DNA of 53,562 nucleotides from NCBI GenBank assembly GCA_053919585.1, contig CM132792.1; one strand, 5' to 3'. The position numbers were made by a program, and so were the translations under genes. The notes below the pieces were generated by a model. It made no database searches. It was not told where the DNA came from and was given only the letters and a program-made list of their open reading frames with translations. Each line of letters begins with the position of its first letter. The stretch's first letter is position 1. The stretch comes from Euprymna scolopes (lineage: Eukaryota). Below are positions 48,446-53,562 of this stretch, piece after piece.

Positions 48446-48479
<34 letters not shown>
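48446..48479. repeat. (TA)n microsatellite
   Basis: Directly visible. Confidence 0.95.
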
Positions 48480-48481
<2 letters not shown>

Positions 48482-49957
48482 TCATTGAATAAATGTAAAT
48501 AAACAAAATATACATTACCTTACGTATAGCAGTTTTATTCCCAAATTCATAATGATCAGTTAATTAGTTTAAGAGTGAATACTATACATACGAAACTATA
48601 AAGACAAACAATTTTACATCAATCTATATATCTCACATTATATAAATTTCGTAAGCATGACATAGCTAGAAGTTGTAACTCAATTTCTGATTATTTTTAA
48701 GTCTCAGCAGCTTTTGTCCACCGAAATTATTTTAGGAAGCCACTCCCTTCCTTCGCATTTGTCTTCTGTTTTATCTTTTTTAATGTCGTTGTTGTAAAAA
48801 TACAAAACCTATTTATTGCAACACTTAACTCCTCTGATCGCCAAGGGAAATAGAAGTAGACTCGAAGACTACGTAAACACAACTTAATTAGTTTATGGAA
48901 ATCTGAGGACGTTTACAACGCAGTCGTTTTTGTTTTTTATTAACATTGGAAATGACATCATGGATCAAAGTCAATCGTCTCTACATTAAGCGTATAAATA
49001 ATGTAATTCAAATCTGACGGCGAATATCTTAATCTAAAAACATCCCAATAGAAAATCTTAAGATATTGTTTCGAAGGAGAATTTAATAAAATCTATGAAT
49101 AATGTGCATATAATATTCCGTCTATGATAAATAACGTTTATTTTTATATTGAAGACGTCTATCAACGTTTTCGTAAAAGTTAAAGATTGAACTTGGTAAA
49201 TACATGGAAATACTAATTTGTCTCTTTTCAAAAATAGATGATCGATTTTTATAAGGAAGTAATAAAGACTTTTGATCTCTTTATATAAATTGGTTGTTTT
49301 ATTCCAACTCATCTAAGGCTGTGAAAACGTGTCAGCGCATCTGTGAATTAATTTATTTCTTGTTGGTTCAAATTCTACATTGTTTACGCTGAGCTGACAA
49401 GAGGAAAGTTTGTTCATTCATACTGACTATAGTAAAGTTTGATTCCAATTTATTGAATTTATATTAATGGATTGTTTGAATCTACAAATATTATGAACAG
49501 CTAAAACTGAAAATTTTGTTTCTCTTGCACAGTCCTTTGGACCGGTTTCAAAATTGATGTTAGTTCAAGTAAACATACGCCGTAGTAATAATTTCCGTTT
49601 AGTCTGAAATCAGTGAATACGATAACATTTTGTGAATGTGCGCTGATGAAGCCTTTGTGTAATAGTTTATATTTTGTATAGCATAATATTTCAAGATAAT
49701 TAAAAAAAAAAATTGGAGATGAATTTTAAAATGTTTTTTGTTTTCTTTTTTTTTTTTTGTTTAGTAATTATGAACTATGAACTCCAGCCGTATTATATAC
49801 TATTAAGCTACTACATAATGTTTTTTTTTTTAACTTAAAGAAATCTACATGATTTATAAAAAACAATATGTATTTGTTTGTATATATAATTATATATCAG
49901 CCCCTTACTTAGGAGTAACTGTAAAATGTAAAAAAAAAAATACGCTTCTGAAATTTT

Positions 49958-50086
49958 GATGAGGATTGGTTATTCATATTTGAATTCTTCGGATTGTTGT
50001 TCTCATCACATTTCGGTCGATGTAACCTCCGAATTTCCTGAGAAGTATCTTGTTGAACTCTGGGGGATTCGCACATAATTTCCAAC
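49958..50086 (-). mobile_element. Tail copy of the hammerhead SINE-like family (solo)
   Basis: GATGAGGATTGGTTATTC..TTTCGGTCGATGTAACCTCCGA..TTGTTGAACTCTGG matches 20938-21058 and 31963-32100. Confidence 0.75.
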
Positions 50087-50629
50087 TTTTTATCGTCTTA
50101 AAAGAATTCGAAAAGAATTATTTAATTTCTATAAGTAGAAGTTTATCTTTTTTTACTTTTTTTTCTATGCCGATTGCATTTTTTCTTAAAATTATCCAGT
50201 TAGCGATTTTTTAGGCTGCTATTTTATAAATATTTGTGCGAATGCTAGAGAAGCATATTTTTTCTCCTTTTTGATAGAAAGATGTACATTTAAAAGTGTT
50301 ATACTTTAATAAAAGCTTTCAATAGGTACTTTAAGTCCGAAACATGCCGAGCAGGTAATCGACGATAAGTACAACTCGACACTCAACTGAAATTTGAAAA
50401 AGCAAAATATAAACATCAAACGTTTGCTAGGTAAAGATATTTTTTAAGAGGGCGTTACTATAACCACTTACCAGATTTCCACGGGTGAAATCTGGATTAT
50501 GGATATTACAAAATATGCTGTTTATGCTGATGTTGAATCTTTCCAGATTCGACATTCAACCGTTATTTAAGATTTCGGCTAGGAAGTGAACGTTTCGTAT
50601 TCGTAAAGATACCCCATTTCACCAAAATA

Positions 50630-51081
50630 AATCCTTTTTTATATATAATAAGATTTAACGGTTGAAAACCCAGACGAGTGTAACATTGATTTTAGTAAGC
50701 ATTCCTATTTATTAAAATAAAATTGAAAATTATATTTTTTTCAAATTTTTTAATGAGATTCTTCATCAAATAGTTTTTTTTCTTACGCGTAATAGTCTAG
50801 GTAACCTCCAGCACATCCTCAGAAGTTGAGATTGAACAGTTTTTAAATGTCCGCTAACAGTGTTAATGTTTGCTTGAATGCATAGGTTAATAAAATTAAT
50901 CAGAATAGTGCCAGATGTTACCTCCACCATGACACGTAAGAGAAAACTATTTCTCGAATAAAAATATTTCATAATCAATTTTATTTAAATAGAAATGTTT
51001 ATTAAAATCAATTTTGCACTCGTCTGATCTTTCAACCGTTAAATCTTGAATTCTTAATATCGAGTGATTTTCAAACAATGG

Positions 51082-51084
<3 letters not shown>
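50630..51084. mobile_element. Foldback/MITE, ~180-bp inverted arms, adjacent to (TA)n
   Basis: AAGATTTAACGGTTGAAA..CAGACGAGTG..AAATAGTTTT..TCTTACG..AGGTAAC on the left is mirrored on the right arm 50908-51084. Confidence 0.85.

Positions 51085-51123
<39 letters not shown>
51084..51123. repeat. (TA)n microsatellite
   Basis: Directly visible. Confidence 0.95.
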
Positions 51124-51130
<7 letters not shown>

Positions 51131-53339
51131 TTCAAACAAGTATATACGTGAAGTGTAGATATAGAATCCTCATCACGTATGTTGCAGTTTCTTAAATTGC
51201 AGTAATTGGTTTTATCAATAACACACTGTGTCTTTCTGCATAATTGTATACTGTTATATATACCAGTTTAAATAAATTAAGTTCCCCACAAGACGAAATG
51301 TTTATCATATGAAATAAAGTGATACACGTGTAAACAAACTAATTAAAAACGAAACATTTTAAACTTTCTGTATTCTGACATTTCGATTTGAATAATCAAA
51401 TATTCTTGAGTGACAGTTAAAGGATTTGAATCTTTAAATTGAAATATCATGACTTGTGGAAGCGTTTAAAATGTTTCTTTCAATTATTAATTCGTTTTCA
51501 TAGATATTAACGAATTCTATTTACTATTTCATATGCATATTACATATTAGTTATCGGTTTGCCGTATCATTTTTGCAATCTCTTAAATCTCGCTTCCCCT
51601 CTCTCGTCTGTTAGTCCTCACATTTCATGAGCGACGTTCCTGACAAAGGTGTAGCTTGGTTGAAACCTATCCATTCATCACTGGTTAGTTTTTAAACTTT
51701 AAGTGGTATATTTTAGCTTCTCACAAAGGCGTTAATTTTTCCCAGTGTTATTCTTAGAATTGAAACCTGTCAACATGCTGCGAACAATAGTTGAATGTCT
51801 TGCAACTAAACTATAACATGTTTCATGTTATAATCATTCTTTAGACGTTGTCTCTTTAAACCCTTTCATGATAGTCAATAGTCAGTTTCGCTTTGATCTT
51901 CTAGATGTAAATAAATTGAAATAAACAAAGCAAAATCAATCAAGATTGCTTTCGCATGTATGAAAAATATGCGACAGATGGGCTGTGAATCACGTTGGCC
52001 GAAAGCGGCAACTGATAATAACGAACGATGCATTGTCTTTCATGTTTGCCTCACAAGCGAAATCCTAATAATAATCCCCCCTAATCACCTTAACAACGAC
52101 TTGCAAACGATACTTAATTATAACTATTTATTTTTCTTAGAATGTTTCTGTGACTAAACCAATAATTAATATATTAAATTGGAGTTAAGTCTTTACTAAG
52201 TTATAAAATATCTTATTTTTAAAAAAATAACATAAAATTATGTTTCAGAAATTGACCCTAGGATTTCTGGGATATTGTCAAGTTAAAGAAATATAAAAAT
52301 TTATTTAACTTGCAAATGCTTTCTGAAGTTTAAGTGAACTTTTGTCGCAAAAATACATGAATTATGTTTTGTAAACCAATACTTTTATTTATAAATAATA
52401 GATTTATATTCCTCGAAGTTTTGTCACACTTAGTTTTCATTCCGAACACACTTGAATAATTCATTTGTTGTAATACATTCTCTACCGTCCAAATTCGATT
52501 GGATCAATGGTAATTATGTATCTGTCTTAGAAATTTAACATCAGTAATAAATAGCAACTTTTGTTTTTTTTAATTGTATACAATGAATTGTATGTATTGT
52601 TTCAGCATTAAATAAACCTTTGAAAAATTGATATGCAGTAAAAGACATGCCAAATAAAGCATTTTACTACAAAATACAAGTTTACTTAATTATATTTTAA
52701 TTTTCATATGCATGTAACGTGGTCGTTACATGTCAATACGGACCCACACGTCGCATGTAGACAGTTGCAACAAAAAAGAAAAGAAATTCAACTTTGCTTT
52801 TATTCAGGGTACTTTCCAAAACGCATTTCAATTTGTTTTAAGTCTGTTAGTTCGCCATATAATTCACAGACCTCTGCCATGTGTATACGTGCTTAAGTCT
52901 CTTATTCCAACACAATCTTTTTCATTCCTTGTTACGTTTTTCTTTCTCTTCTCTGCCTCCGCTGTGACGTGACATCACGGATCGTCAAGGTCATTTAAAT
53001 ACGTGCCATGCAGCCGCTGCTGATTGCAGGTGTGATGATCATCCTAGAAATTATGGATGACATGCGCTGAGAGTTTAAAGTGAAGCTGGTTTGTGCAGAG
53101 CCAGCCTCACTCTCTTGTCTTAACCAGCCTGATCCAGCGGCAGGAAAGGGTCAAGATAGCTAGAGGCCAGATGGAATGCAGAAGCCACAGGAAGTATTGA
53201 TGCCCTACATACAGCGTCTTGTATTGCCAAATGGTCAGCCGTCGGGTTCTGATCAAACTCAACATCGTTTAACCGGTGATATGAGAATCTGCGTCAGTGT
53301 TTTATTTATTTTTTTGTATGTTTTTACTCTTGCTCACTC

Positions 53340-53562
53340 CTAGAAAGGTAGGTTGACCCTTAGACGTCAGGGGATATCATTCAGAACCATGTTTACAAGG
53401 AAGTATGAGGGAGATATCGGTTTCATTACATTTAAGTCTACATGTCAGTACAGTCGGGGAAGTAAGAAACAGGAAGGGGATTCCAAAGTCTAGCAATCCG
53501 AGAAAAGAAACTATTAAAGTCGGGGACGTGAAGAGAGAGGGGAGTTTAGAGGTGCCTGAGTA
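53340..53562 (-). mobile_element. CR1/Jockey-group LINE 3' end (runs off window)
   Basis: Minus strand SFFSRIARLWNPLPVSYFPD is homologous to SFFLRTARLWN..ACFPPD of the 41968 ORF. Confidence 0.75.

Noticed and set aside
49643-49670. CTGATGAAGCC as a hammerhead core
   Set aside because: No downstream stem II partner or GAAA. The CTGATGA at ~28340 and ~42397 lie within LINE coding sequence.
1-53562. CRISPR array, operons or other prokaryotic systems
   Set aside because: There is no regularly spaced direct-repeat array, coding density is very low, and the repeat content is eukaryotic.

Overview
AT-rich metazoan (invertebrate-like) genomic DNA, probably intergenic or intronic. I found no convincing host protein-coding exon, rRNA or intact tRNA gene. 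The window is dense with decayed mobile elements: 3' and RT fragments of a CR1/Jockey-group LINE, RTE-clade LINE fragments, a full-length dead Tc1-like transposon with DD36E spacing, and three internally deleted mariner copies. It also holds several MITE/foldback elements, about nine Helitron-type non-autonomous elements (A|TC...hairpin-CTAG|T), one Helentron/DINE-like element, a 5S rRNA-derived SINE-like element and many microsatellites. The most notable signal is a family of tRNA-headed SINE-like elements whose 3' tail carries a minimal, Penelope-type hammerhead ribozyme motif. At three separate loci this family sits as head-to-head inverted pairs, which suggests mobilisation by Penelope-like machinery. 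A second, unrelated tRNA-head plus hammerhead element and tRNA-like cassettes inside the Helitron-type elements add to this Pol III/ribozyme theme. All alignments were done by eye, so boundaries of decayed elements are approximate.
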